A DNA stretch of 64,000 nt, taken from the NCBI GenBank assembly GCA_020637555.1, contig JACKKF010000009.1, positions 13,835 through 77,834 on the forward strand, written 5' to 3'. Each line of letters starts with the position of its first letter. The first letter of the stretch is position 1. This DNA is from Rhodobacter sp. (GTDB lineage: Bacteria; Pseudomonadota; Alphaproteobacteria; Rhodobacterales; Rhodobacteraceae). Of this stretch, positions 56,868 to 64,000 are shown in pieces. The notes beneath the pieces are model-generated. The model searched no databases, was not told the origin of the DNA, and was given only the letters and a program-made list of their open reading frames with translations. Position numbers and translations under genes: made by a program.

Positions 56868-57506
56868 ATGCCGTATTCACCGACCGATGTTGTCTCAACG
56901 GAAGAAGAACTTCGAACGATCGTGCCAAAGCCGATTCATGGCACGCAGGACGTCAAGATCATCGACCATATCGACAAGCATTGCCGCGTTTGGATAGAGC
57001 GTTCGCCATTCCTCGTCATGACTACGTCGGATTCAGAGGGCCGGCTCGATTGCTCGCCCAAGGGAGACCCCGCTGGCTTCGTGAAGGTTGTCGACGACAA
57101 GACGCTCGCAATTCCCGACCGCCCGGGAAACCGTCGCTTCGACGGTTTTCTCAATATCATGCAAACCGGGCGCGTTGGACTGCTCTTCTTCGTGCCGAAC
57201 CGCAACGAAACAGTACGAGTGAACGGCACCGCTCAGGTGGTGCGGGATCTGGCTTTGCGCGAAAGCATGGCCATCAAGGGCAGAGTGCCGGAACTGGCGG
57301 TACTCGTCAGTGTGGAGGAAGCGTTCTATCACTGCGGCAAGGCAATCATACGCTCGGCTCTATGGGCGCCGGACAAAGCCGCTTCGACCGATGGGCTGCC
57401 AACATATGCAGAAGCAAACGTGGATCACACAGGTCGGGACTACGCGTTAGAGGACGTCACCAGATGGTTCGACGACAACGACAAACACCGCCTTTACGAC
57501 GACTAA
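56868..57506 (+). CDS. pyridoxamine 5'-phosphate oxidase (PPOX)-type FMN-binding flavoprotein family
   Basis: ..[41 protein letters not shown]...NI...GRVGLLF.VP...ETVRVNG.A is a typical split-barrel pattern. GAGAGGGA SD. Codon usage is lower-GC. Confidence 0.75.
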   Translation: MPYSPTDVVSTEEELRTIVPKPIHGTQDVKIIDHIDKHCRVWIERSPFLVMTTSDSEGRLDCSPKGDPAGFVKVVDDKTLAIPDRPGNRRFDGFLNIMQTGRVGLLFFVPNRNETVRVNGTAQVVRDLALRESMAIKGRVPELAVLVSVEEAFYHCGKAIIRSALWAPDKAASTDGLPTYAEANVDHTGRDYALEDVTRWFDDNDKHRLYDD

Positions 57507-57989
57507 CCTAAAGACGGCTCGAAAACCACTTCCTGCGGTTTGCTTCGAATAGGCATCATGTACTGGCCCTGTGCCGCAGTGCATCGGATTGCAGCTTGAT
57601 TCCGCACATCGGACATAAACCCCTTGACAGAACCTGTGCGGCGAAAACGGTCGATTTTGTCACTGGTGGCGATGTGCCGACAAACATTGAAAAATCTTGT
57701 GCCACAAACCCTTGGCGAAACTCGGTTTGATTTTGTCACGTTTTTGGCCATGGCTCAAAGGAGCGGACTTCGGTGCATAGTGCAGCATCCGTCATATTGG
57801 GCTCTGTGCCGTCGTTCGCTGCGCGGTGCTTCAAGGTCTGCTCTGGCCCGATTGCGGACCCGCGATATCTCTGCGGCTGTGTGTCGGTCGTCGCCTTGGC
57901 TGTCCCGAGTCCCCGAAGCGGCGCTTGCGGGGCGGCGGGGGGCGAGCGTCGGGGGCTCCGATGCGCTGCGCCTCAGGCCGCGTTGTCCG

Positions 57990-58475
57990 CTATTTCTTGG
58001 CCCCCACCGCCGGATGCGCGATGTCCCCGTGCGCCACCACATCCGCCGGCATCCCCGCGTTGCGGTAGATGCGTTTGCCCAGCCGCGGGTAGTCGCCCAC
58101 GTCCTGCGCCAGCCGCTGACCCACGACCAGCAGGCGCAGCACCTCGGTCCCGGTGTTCACCACCGTATGCGCCAGCCCGCCCTTGCGGTAGCCGATGAAG
58201 TCGCCCGGGCCGATGGCATGGTCCTGATCGCCGATCGTCGCCGTGGCGGTGCCGGACAGCACATAGATCGCCTCATCCTCGTGATGATGCACATGATACT
58301 CGGTGGTTTCGGCCCCGGGCGCGACCTCGATCAGATGCACGCCGAGGCCGGTCAGACCAGTCATGTCGCCCAGCGACCTGTTGATCCGGCGGGCGTTCGG
58401 GTTCAGGAAATGCGTCTTGTCGAGACCGGGCATGGCGGCGATCTCGGCGGCGGTCATGAGATAGGTGTCGGACAT
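57990..58475 (-). CDS. cupin-domain protein (161 aa)
   Basis: ..HVHHHEDEAIYVLSG.A...IGD....IGPGDF.G.. gives cupin motifs 1 and 2. Confidence 0.8.
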   Translation of the reverse strand: MSDTYLMTAAEIAAMPGLDKTHFLNPNARRINRSLGDMTGLTGLGVHLIEVAPGAETTEYHVHHHEDEAIYVLSGTATATIGDQDHAIGPGDFIGYRKGGLAHTVVNTGTEVLRLLVVGQRLAQDVGDYPRLGKRIYRNAGMPADVVAHGDIAHPAVGAKK

Positions 58476-58540
58476 GAAAAACCCTCGGTTCCGGTTCCGG
58501 AGCCGAGGGTTATCCGTTTCGCGCCGTGGCGCAAGGGCTG

Positions 58541-59541
58541 TCAGATCAGGCGGCCCATCGCCCCGGCGACATCGGCCATCCGGCACGAGAAGCCCCATTC
58601 GTTGTCATACCAGGCCAGCACGCGGACAGTGCGGCCGCCGACGACCTTGGTCTGGTCGGGCGCGAAGATCGACGAATGGGTGGTGTGGTTGAAGTCGATC
58701 GACACCTTGGGTTCGGGGTCATAGGCCAGAACATGGCCCATGGCGCCGGCGGCGGCCTCGCGCATGATTTCGTTCACGTCGGCGGCGGTCACGTCCTTGC
58801 CGGCGACAAAGGTCAGGTCCACGGCCGAGACGTTCGGCGTGGGCACGCGGATCGCGGTTCCGTCGAGCTTGCCGGCCAGTTCCGGCAGAACCTCGCCCAG
58901 GGCCTTGGCCGCACCGGTCGAGGTGGGGATCATCGCCATGGCGGCGGCGCGGGCGCGATACAGGTCCTTGTGGCGGCGGTCCAGCGTCGGCTGGTCGCCG
59001 GTGTAGCTGTGAATCGTGGTCATGATGCCCGATTCGATGCCGATGGCGTCGTTCAGCACCTTGGCCAGCGGCGCGGGCAGTTGGTGGTGCACGACCCGTT
59101 CGACACGACCAGATGCTCATTGGTCAGCGCGCGGTGGTTCACGCCGTAGACGATGGTCTTGTCGGCGTTCTTGGCGGGCGCCGAGACCAGCACGCGCTTG
59201 GCGCCCCGGCCCAGATGGACGGCGGCCTTGGTCCGGTCGTTGAACTTGCCGGTGCATTCCAGCACGATGTCCACGCCTTCCCAGTCCAGTTCGTCGGGGT
59301 TGTAGGTGGACATCACGCGGATCGGGCCGCGGCCCAGGTCCAGGGTGTTGCCCTCGACGCGGACGGTGCCGGGGAACCGGCCGTGGACCGAGTCGTATTT
59401 CAGCAGATGGGCGTTCGTTTCGATCGGGCCGGTGGCATTGATCGCGACCACTTCGACATCGTTGCGCGCGCTTTCGGCGATATGGGCCAGGGTGCAGCGG
59501 CCGATGCGACCGAAACCGTTGATGCCGATGGTGATGGTCAT
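58541..59541 (-). pseudogene. gap: type I glyceraldehyde-3-phosphate dehydrogenase (paralogue 2) with a -1 frameshift inside the active-site SCTTNC codons (or an assembly indel)
   Basis: N-terminal half is ORF 59053..59541 (..INGFGRIGR..VVSNGSCTTNC then nonsense). C-terminal half is ORF 58541..59092 (..APLAKVLNDAIGIE..WYDNEWGFS). One base is missing near 59070-59078. Confidence 0.85.
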
Positions 59542-59824
59542 GGATCTGTCTCCGGGGCTGGGGCCGGTGTCGGGCCGGGAACCTTCAGGTCAGGCGATCC
59601 GGCGCGGCGGCGATCGTTGGGCTTTCTGATCTATACATTTTGAATGATGGCAGAGAAAGGGCGAAAATCGAAAGGAAGCAAGGCGTTAGCGCAAAACATG
59701 GGTCCGCGCCCGCTGTTTGCGGTAACGGTTGCGCCCCCATTTTCCGCTCGGCCGGGGCAGGAGGATCGCCACGCTGAACCATTGTGTTTCGCGTGCAGGT
59801 TGCCTATCAGGGCGGGGTTCCCTG

Positions 59825-60151
59825 ATGCGTCCTGCAGCCACGAGACCGCCGGTGTTTGAAATCTTTGTGATTGTCTATCTTGCGATCCTGAACATCGGTG
59901 CGTTCTGGGCCTTTGCGCATGACAAGCGCGCGGCAATCGCGGGCGCGCGGCGCATCTCCGAGGATCGGCTGCTGGCGATGGCCTTTCTCGGCGGGTCGAT
60001 CGGGGCCAAGCTGGGCCAGATGCTGTTGCGCCACAAGATCCGCAAGGAGCCGTTCCGCCAACAGTTGAACGGTATCCTGTCGGTGCAGATCGTCGCCATG
60101 GCGGCGGTGCTGACCATCTACGCCGTGCAGACCGGCTCGGCGCCGCGATGA
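59825..60151 (+). CDS. DUF1294-family small membrane protein
   Basis: ..NIGAFWAFAHDKRAAIAGARRISE..LL..A.LGGS.GA...M.L.RHK..K..F is the typical DUF1294 pattern. Confidence 0.7.
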   Translation: MRPAATRPPVFEIFVIVYLAILNIGAFWAFAHDKRAAIAGARRISEDRLLAMAFLGGSIGAKLGQMLLRHKIRKEPFRQQLNGILSVQIVAMAAVLTIYAVQTGSAPR

Positions 60152-60299
60152 TGGCAGGCTGATCGGCGGGCGCGGGCGTTCCCCCGGTTGGGCGCGTCCG
60201 GTGCCGCCGTCCATCAGCCTGCGCCCCCGGTTTTCCTGATATCCTGTCGGTGCGCCCCGGACCGGGGCGGCGCCGGTTTCGCAACAATGAGGTTTTCCC

Positions 60300-61274
60300 A
60301 TGTCCTTCAAGGTTGGCATCGTCGGCATCAGCGGCTTCGGCGGGGGTGAGGCGATGCGCCTGATCGCCGGGCACCCATCCTTTGAGCTGGTCTACGCGGC
60401 CGGTTCGGGCAGCGCCGGGCAGCGGCTGGCGGACCGGTTCCCCGGCGTGCCCGCCCGACTGGCCGATCTGGTGATCGAACCCTGGGATCCCGGGTCGCTG
60501 CCGCCGCTCGATCTGCTCTTTGCCTCGCTGCCCACCGGCGCGTCGGCCGACGCGCTTGCGCGCGTGCCCGAGGGGGTGCGGATCGTCGATATCGGCGGCG
60601 ATCACCGGTATGTGGAGGGCTGGACCTATGGCCTGGCCGATGTCTGGCCCGAACGGATCGCCGGGCAGACCCGCATCGCCAATCCCGGCTGCTTTCCCGC
60701 GGCAACGCTGATCGCGCTGGCGCCGCTTCTGTCGGCGGGGCTGATCGAGCCGGGCAACATCATCGTCGATGCCAAGACCGGTGTGTCCGGCGCAGGGCGT
60801 GGCGGAGACAGCGCCTTTGGCTATGCCGAAACCAACGAGAACCTGATCCCCTATGGACTGCTCCGCCATGTGCACATGCCCGAGATGGCGGCCACCATCG
60901 CCCGGCTGGGCGGCGCGCCCGCCGACGGGCTGGTGTTCACGCCGCATCTTGTGCCGATGACGCGCGGGATCCTGGTGACGATCTATGCGCGGGGCCAGGC
61001 CACGACCGCGCATTGTCTGGACGCCGCGCGCGACTTTTATTCCGGGCGGCCCTTTGTGCGTGTGACCGACCGTCCGCCGCAGAGCAAATGGGCGGCAGGG
61101 TCGAATCTGGCCTTTGTCACCTATGCCGCCGACCCCGCCCGCAATCTGGTGATCGCGATGGGAGCGGTGGACAACCTGGGCAAGGGCGCCGCCGGTCAGG
61201 CGGTGCAGAACGCGAACCTGATGCTGGGCCTGCCCGAAACGCTGGGCCTGGAGGGGGCGCCGGTCTGGCCCTGA
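60300..61274 (+). CDS. argC: N-acetyl-gamma-glutamyl-phosphate reductase
   Basis: VGIVGISGFGGGE; active-site IANPGCFPTA-like IANPGCFPAA; DNLGKGAAGQAVQN. Confidence 0.9.
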   Translation: MSFKVGIVGISGFGGGEAMRLIAGHPSFELVYAAGSGSAGQRLADRFPGVPARLADLVIEPWDPGSLPPLDLLFASLPTGASADALARVPEGVRIVDIGGDHRYVEGWTYGLADVWPERIAGQTRIANPGCFPAATLIALAPLLSAGLIEPGNIIVDAKTGVSGAGRGGDSAFGYAETNENLIPYGLLRHVHMPEMAATIARLGGAPADGLVFTPHLVPMTRGILVTIYARGQATTAHCLDAARDFYSGRPFVRVTDRPPQSKWAAGSNLAFVTYAADPARNLVIAMGAVDNLGKGAAGQAVQNANLMLGLPETLGLEGAPVWP

Positions 61275-61311
61275 GCGCGACGCCGGCGCCTGCGCGCGCG
61301 CGGCCCCGGTG

Positions 61312-62379
61312 TCAGAGCGCGCCCTTCAGCGTGTCGACGAATTGATCGACCTGGGCCTCGGTCGTGGACCACGAGGTGACCAGGCGGCACTGATGGGCGT
61401 GGTCCGGCCCGGCACCATGGGGCGGCGGGGCCGGCCAGTCGTAATACATCGCGCCCGCCTGTCTGAGCGCGGCATGGCCTTTCAGCGGGAATTCCGCGAA
61501 CATCATGTTGCCGCCGCGGGCATGAACCAGCCGTGCCCCGCAGGCGCGCAAGCCGGTTTCGAGCCGGGCGGCGCGGGCGTTGGCGGTGCGGGCCAGCGAC
61601 AGCCACAGGTCATCGGTCAGATAGGCATCCATCTGCGCCGACAGGTAGCGGTGCTTGGAAAACAGGTGTCCGCCCCGCTTGCGGCGCAGCTCGAACTCCC
61701 ACGCGCGGTTGGTTCCGCCCCGGGCCGGATCGAACAGCACCACGGCCTCGACCCCCATCAAGCCGTTCTTGGTGCCGCCGAAGGACAGCACATCGATCCC
61801 GGCGCGCCAGGTCATTTCGGCCGGGGTGCACCCTTCGGCCACCAGGGCATTGGCGAACCGCGCGCCATCCAGATGCACGGGCAGCCCGTGGGCGTGGGCG
61901 ATCCCCGCCAGGCGCGCGATCTCGGCCACGGAATAGCGGGCGCCACGTTCGGTCAGGTTGGTCAACGACAGGATCCCGGGTTGCGCGTGGTGCACGCCCC
62001 CGGGGGCCGCGTCGATGGCAGCCTCGAACGCATCGGCGTCGATCTTGGCGTCGATCCCCTCCAGCAGCGTGAGCTTGGCGCCGCCGGCATAGAATTCGGG
62101 CGCGTTGCACTCGTCCTCTTCGATATGGGCGTGGCGATGGCAGTAGATCGCGCTCCAGGGCTGGACCTGGGTGGCGATGGCCAGCGAATTCGCCGCGGTG
62201 CCGGTCGCGACCAGAAAGACCTCGGCCTCGGGGGCCTCGAACAGGGTGCGGATGCGCGCGCGGACCTGGTCCATCAGCGCGTCGGCGCCATAGCCCATCG
62301 AAAAGCCGTCATTCGCGCGCCCCAGCGCCGCCAGGATCGCGTCGGGCACGCCCGAGGTGTTGTCAGAGGCAAAGAACAT
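61312..62379 (-). CDS. low-specificity threonine aldolase / beta-eliminating lyase family (PLP)
   Basis: FASDN, ..VATGTAANSLA.. and SFGGTKNG (PLP lysine) motifs. Confidence 0.8.
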   Translation of the reverse strand: MFFASDNTSGVPDAILAALGRANDGFSMGYGADALMDQVRARIRTLFEAPEAEVFLVATGTAANSLAIATQVQPWSAIYCHRHAHIEEDECNAPEFYAGGAKLTLLEGIDAKIDADAFEAAIDAAPGGVHHAQPGILSLTNLTERGARYSVAEIARLAGIAHAHGLPVHLDGARFANALVAEGCTPAEMTWRAGIDVLSFGGTKNGLMGVEAVVLFDPARGGTNRAWEFELRRKRGGHLFSKHRYLSAQMDAYLTDDLWLSLARTANARAARLETGLRACGARLVHARGGNMMFAEFPLKGHAALRQAGAMYYDWPAPPPHGAGPDHAHQCRLVTSWSTTEAQVDQFVDTLKGAL

Positions 62380-62828
62380 CAGATTTCCTCGTCGATGATG
62401 TGATCTTCCCAGTCATCCTCGGGGATGGCGTATTCGGGCACGGTCCGGCCCTGCACCGACGCCCCGGCACGATGGATCGCCTGCGGATCGCCCGAGATCA
62501 GCGGGTGCCAGTCCGCCAGGCCGCGCCCCTCGTGCACCCGGCGATAGGCGCAGCTTCTGGGCATCCAGTAGCTGACCTCGTCGATGGTTTCGGGCCTGAG
62601 GATCACGCATTCCGGCACGATCTGCTTGCGCAGCGCGTATTGGCCGCAGCGGCAGGTGCTGTCGTCGAACAGCCGACAGGCGATATCGGTGAAGAAAACC
62701 TCACCCGAATCGGCGTCCTCGAGTTTGGCCAGGCAGCATTTGCCGCAGCCATCGCAGAGGGCCTCCCATTCCTGGGGGGTCATGTCGGACAGGGGGACGG
62801 TGTCCCAGTAGCGCGGGCGGAGGGTCAT
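62379..62828 (-). CDS. ycgN: YcgN/UPF0260 family cysteine-cluster protein
   Basis: ..WE.LCDGCGKCCL.KLED.D.GE...T..AC.L.D...C.C..Y..R...VP.C is the classic YcgN pattern. Confidence 0.85.
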   Translation of the reverse strand: MTLRPRYWDTVPLSDMTPQEWEALCDGCGKCCLAKLEDADSGEVFFTDIACRLFDDSTCRCGQYALRKQIVPECVILRPETIDEVSYWMPRSCAYRRVHEGRGLADWHPLISGDPQAIHRAGASVQGRTVPEYAIPEDDWEDHIIDEEI

Positions 62829-63004
62829 GGCCGCGACCCTTGCCGATTTGCCGGCCAAAGAAAAGGGGGCATGGCCCGGCAGGGACCATCGCCGCGCTGG
62901 ATCGCCCCCCCACACACACGTCCGGCACGGTGCGTGCCCGGACGCTGCCGGTCGTGCGCGGGGTTCGTTGCCTTTGCCAGGGGCGCACTGATAGGGTCGC
63001 GCCC

Positions 63005-63625
63005 ATGTCGTTCTATGATCGTGTCATCCTGCCACCCCTGATCCGCTGCGCCTGTTCGGTCAAACCGATCGACCGGCTGCGGGCGCGGGTCGTGCCGCAG
63101 GCAAGGGGGCGGGTGCTCGAGATCGGGGCCGGGGCAGGGCTGAACCTGCGCCATTATGACAAGGCCCGGATCGACACGGTCGTGGGGCTCGATGTCTCGG
63201 CGCCCCTGCTGCGCCAGGCCGAGGTCGAGGCCGCGCGGCAGGGCGTGGCCTTCACGCCGCTGCTGCTGGATGCCGCGGCGATTCCCCTGCCGGATGCGTC
63301 GGTGGATACGGTGCTGGTGACCTTCACGCTGTGTTCCATCGCCGCCCTGGCCCCGGCGCTGGCCGAGATGCGCCGCGTTCTGCATCCGGGCGGAACGCTG
63401 CTGTTTGTGGAACATGGCGCCGCCCCCGACGCCGGGGTGGCGCGCGCGCAACGCTGGGTCGAACCGCTGTGGAAACCCCTGGCCGGCGGCTGCCACCTGA
63501 CGCGCGACCCCGCGCAAGAGCTCGAGCGCGCGGGTTTCGTGCTCGAGCGGCTCGACCAGGCCTATCTTCGCCACGTCTGGCGCGGCGTCGGCTATATCAG
63601 CGAGGGGGTGGCGCGCACGGCCTGA
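63005..63625 (+). CDS. class I SAM-dependent methyltransferase
   Basis: VLEIGAGAGLN motif I; ..DTVLVTFTLCSI.. and ..RVLHPGGTLLFVEH... Confidence 0.8.
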   Translation: MSFYDRVILPPLIRCACSVKPIDRLRARVVPQARGRVLEIGAGAGLNLRHYDKARIDTVVGLDVSAPLLRQAEVEAARQGVAFTPLLLDAAAIPLPDASVDTVLVTFTLCSIAALAPALAEMRRVLHPGGTLLFVEHGAAPDAGVARAQRWVEPLWKPLAGGCHLTRDPAQELERAGFVLERLDQAYLRHVWRGVGYISEGVARTA

Positions 63626-63637
63626 GGGACCCGCCCG

Positions 63638-64000
63638 TCAGATCCGCGCAAGAATGGCGCGGGCCTGGCGGCTGTCCTCGTCCATCTGGTCGATCAGGGC
63701 CTGCAAGCCGTCAAAGCGGGCCTCGGGGCGCAGGTATTCGACCAGCGCGACAGACAGGTGCTGGCCATACAGATCGCCGCTGAAGTCGAAGAGATGGACC
63801 TCGAAGTTCGGGGCGTTGACGCCGAACATCGGCCGCACCCCCAACGAGGCCACGCCCTCGTAGCAGCCCGCAAACGGGCCGCCCAGCACATCGACCTTGA
63901 CCGCATAGACGCCCAGCTTGGGCAGATGCAGCCCGGCGACGGCCATGTTCGCCGTCGGATAGCCCAGCTCGCGGCCACGTTTCTCGCCATGCAGCACCGC
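63638..64000 (-). CDS. ribF: bifunctional riboflavin kinase / FAD synthetase, C-terminal (kinase) part; the 5' part lies beyond the right edge
   Basis: ..GEKRGRELGYPTANM....P..GVYAV.......GVAS.G.RP........EVHLFDF.GDLYG motifs. Confidence 0.85.
   Translation of the reverse strand, partial: AVLHGEKRGRELGYPTANMAVAGLHLPKLGVYAVKVDVLGGPFAGCYEGVASLGVRPMFGVNAPNFEVHLFDFSGDLYGQHLSVALVEYLRPEARFDGLQALIDQMDEDSRQARAILARI

Noticed and set aside
57503-57751. 82-aa minus-strand ORF in the AT-richer non-coding stretch of the insert
   Set aside because: No SD precedes it (the sequence upstream of the ATG is ..ctcctttgagcc), it has no motif, and it spans the direct repeats. More likely non-coding.
4885-59095. 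Programmed ribosomal frameshifting as an explanation for the sufB, Rrf2 and gap frame breaks
   Set aside because: None of the three sites has a slippery heptamer or a downstream structure, and these gene families are not known to use recoding. An indel, real or artefactual, is the simpler explanation.
1-64000. CRISPR arrays, rRNA genes, retrons, toxin-antitoxin pairs, recognisable defence systems
   Set aside because: I found no arrays of regularly spaced repeats; all repeats seen have two copies. I found no cas, reverse-transcriptase, nuclease/ATPase defence-type or small paired toxin/antitoxin ORFs among the translations.

Overview
This 64-kb window is a high-GC alphaproteobacterial chromosome segment (about two-thirds G+C by eye). 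Gene content looks Rhodobacterales-like (Rhodobacter/Paracoccus type), but that taxon call is inference only.

I count about 65 protein genes, one tRNA-Arg(CCG) and one IS3-family insertion sequence. There is no rRNA and no CRISPR array.

Gene order, left to right:
- glgP 5' end and an alpha/beta hydrolase.
- An Fe-S assembly operon: Rrf2 (IscR-like) regulator, NifS-like desulfurase and sufBCDS, with seven extra small, membrane or methyltransferase genes embedded in it.
- tRNA-Arg and a phospholipase D-family gene.
- A methylated-amine-style block: a non-Pyl MttB-family methyltransferase, an XRE regulator, a membrane di-iron desaturase-family protein, a leaderless PhnD-like binding protein and a DMGDH-like FAD/GcvT enzyme. 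A 59-bp repeat occurs twice in this block, exactly 5300 bp apart.
- A Zn-ADH, an enolase-superfamily enzyme and a 4-gene Dpp/Opp-type ABC importer.
- J-domain, DUF4177, YbjN-like and SLT-like genes, then gatB.
- An orphan 403-aa membrane/coiled-coil protein.
- A lipid A remodelling trio (PagL-like, PAP2, EptA-like).
- LOG, a LysM protein and an Atm1-type ABC exporter.
- A valine-catabolism cluster (mmsA, acyl-CoA dehydrogenase, HIBCH, mmsB) with LysR and Crp/Fnr regulators.
- A CBS protein, coaD and an NhaP-cNMP fusion.
- Two diverged gap paralogues separated by a lower-GC insert of about 3.4 kb. The insert holds a truncated hydrolase, the IS3 element and a PPOX-type flavoprotein.
- A cupin, DUF1294, argC, a threonine-aldolase-like gene, ycgN, a methyltransferase and the ribF 3' end.

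Three conserved genes (the Rrf2 regulator, sufB and the second gap) each carry a single-base frameshift. This could be assembly indel error or real decay, and the sequence alone cannot decide.

I found no clear defence, toxin or novel-machine locus. The best candidates for something undescribed are:
- the repeat-bracketed desaturase/PhnD-like/DMGDH-like operon next to the orphan MttB gene;
- the accessory genes embedded in the suf operon;
- the lower-GC insert between the gap paralogues.

All functional calls rest on motif recognition in the supplied translations. No database search was possible.
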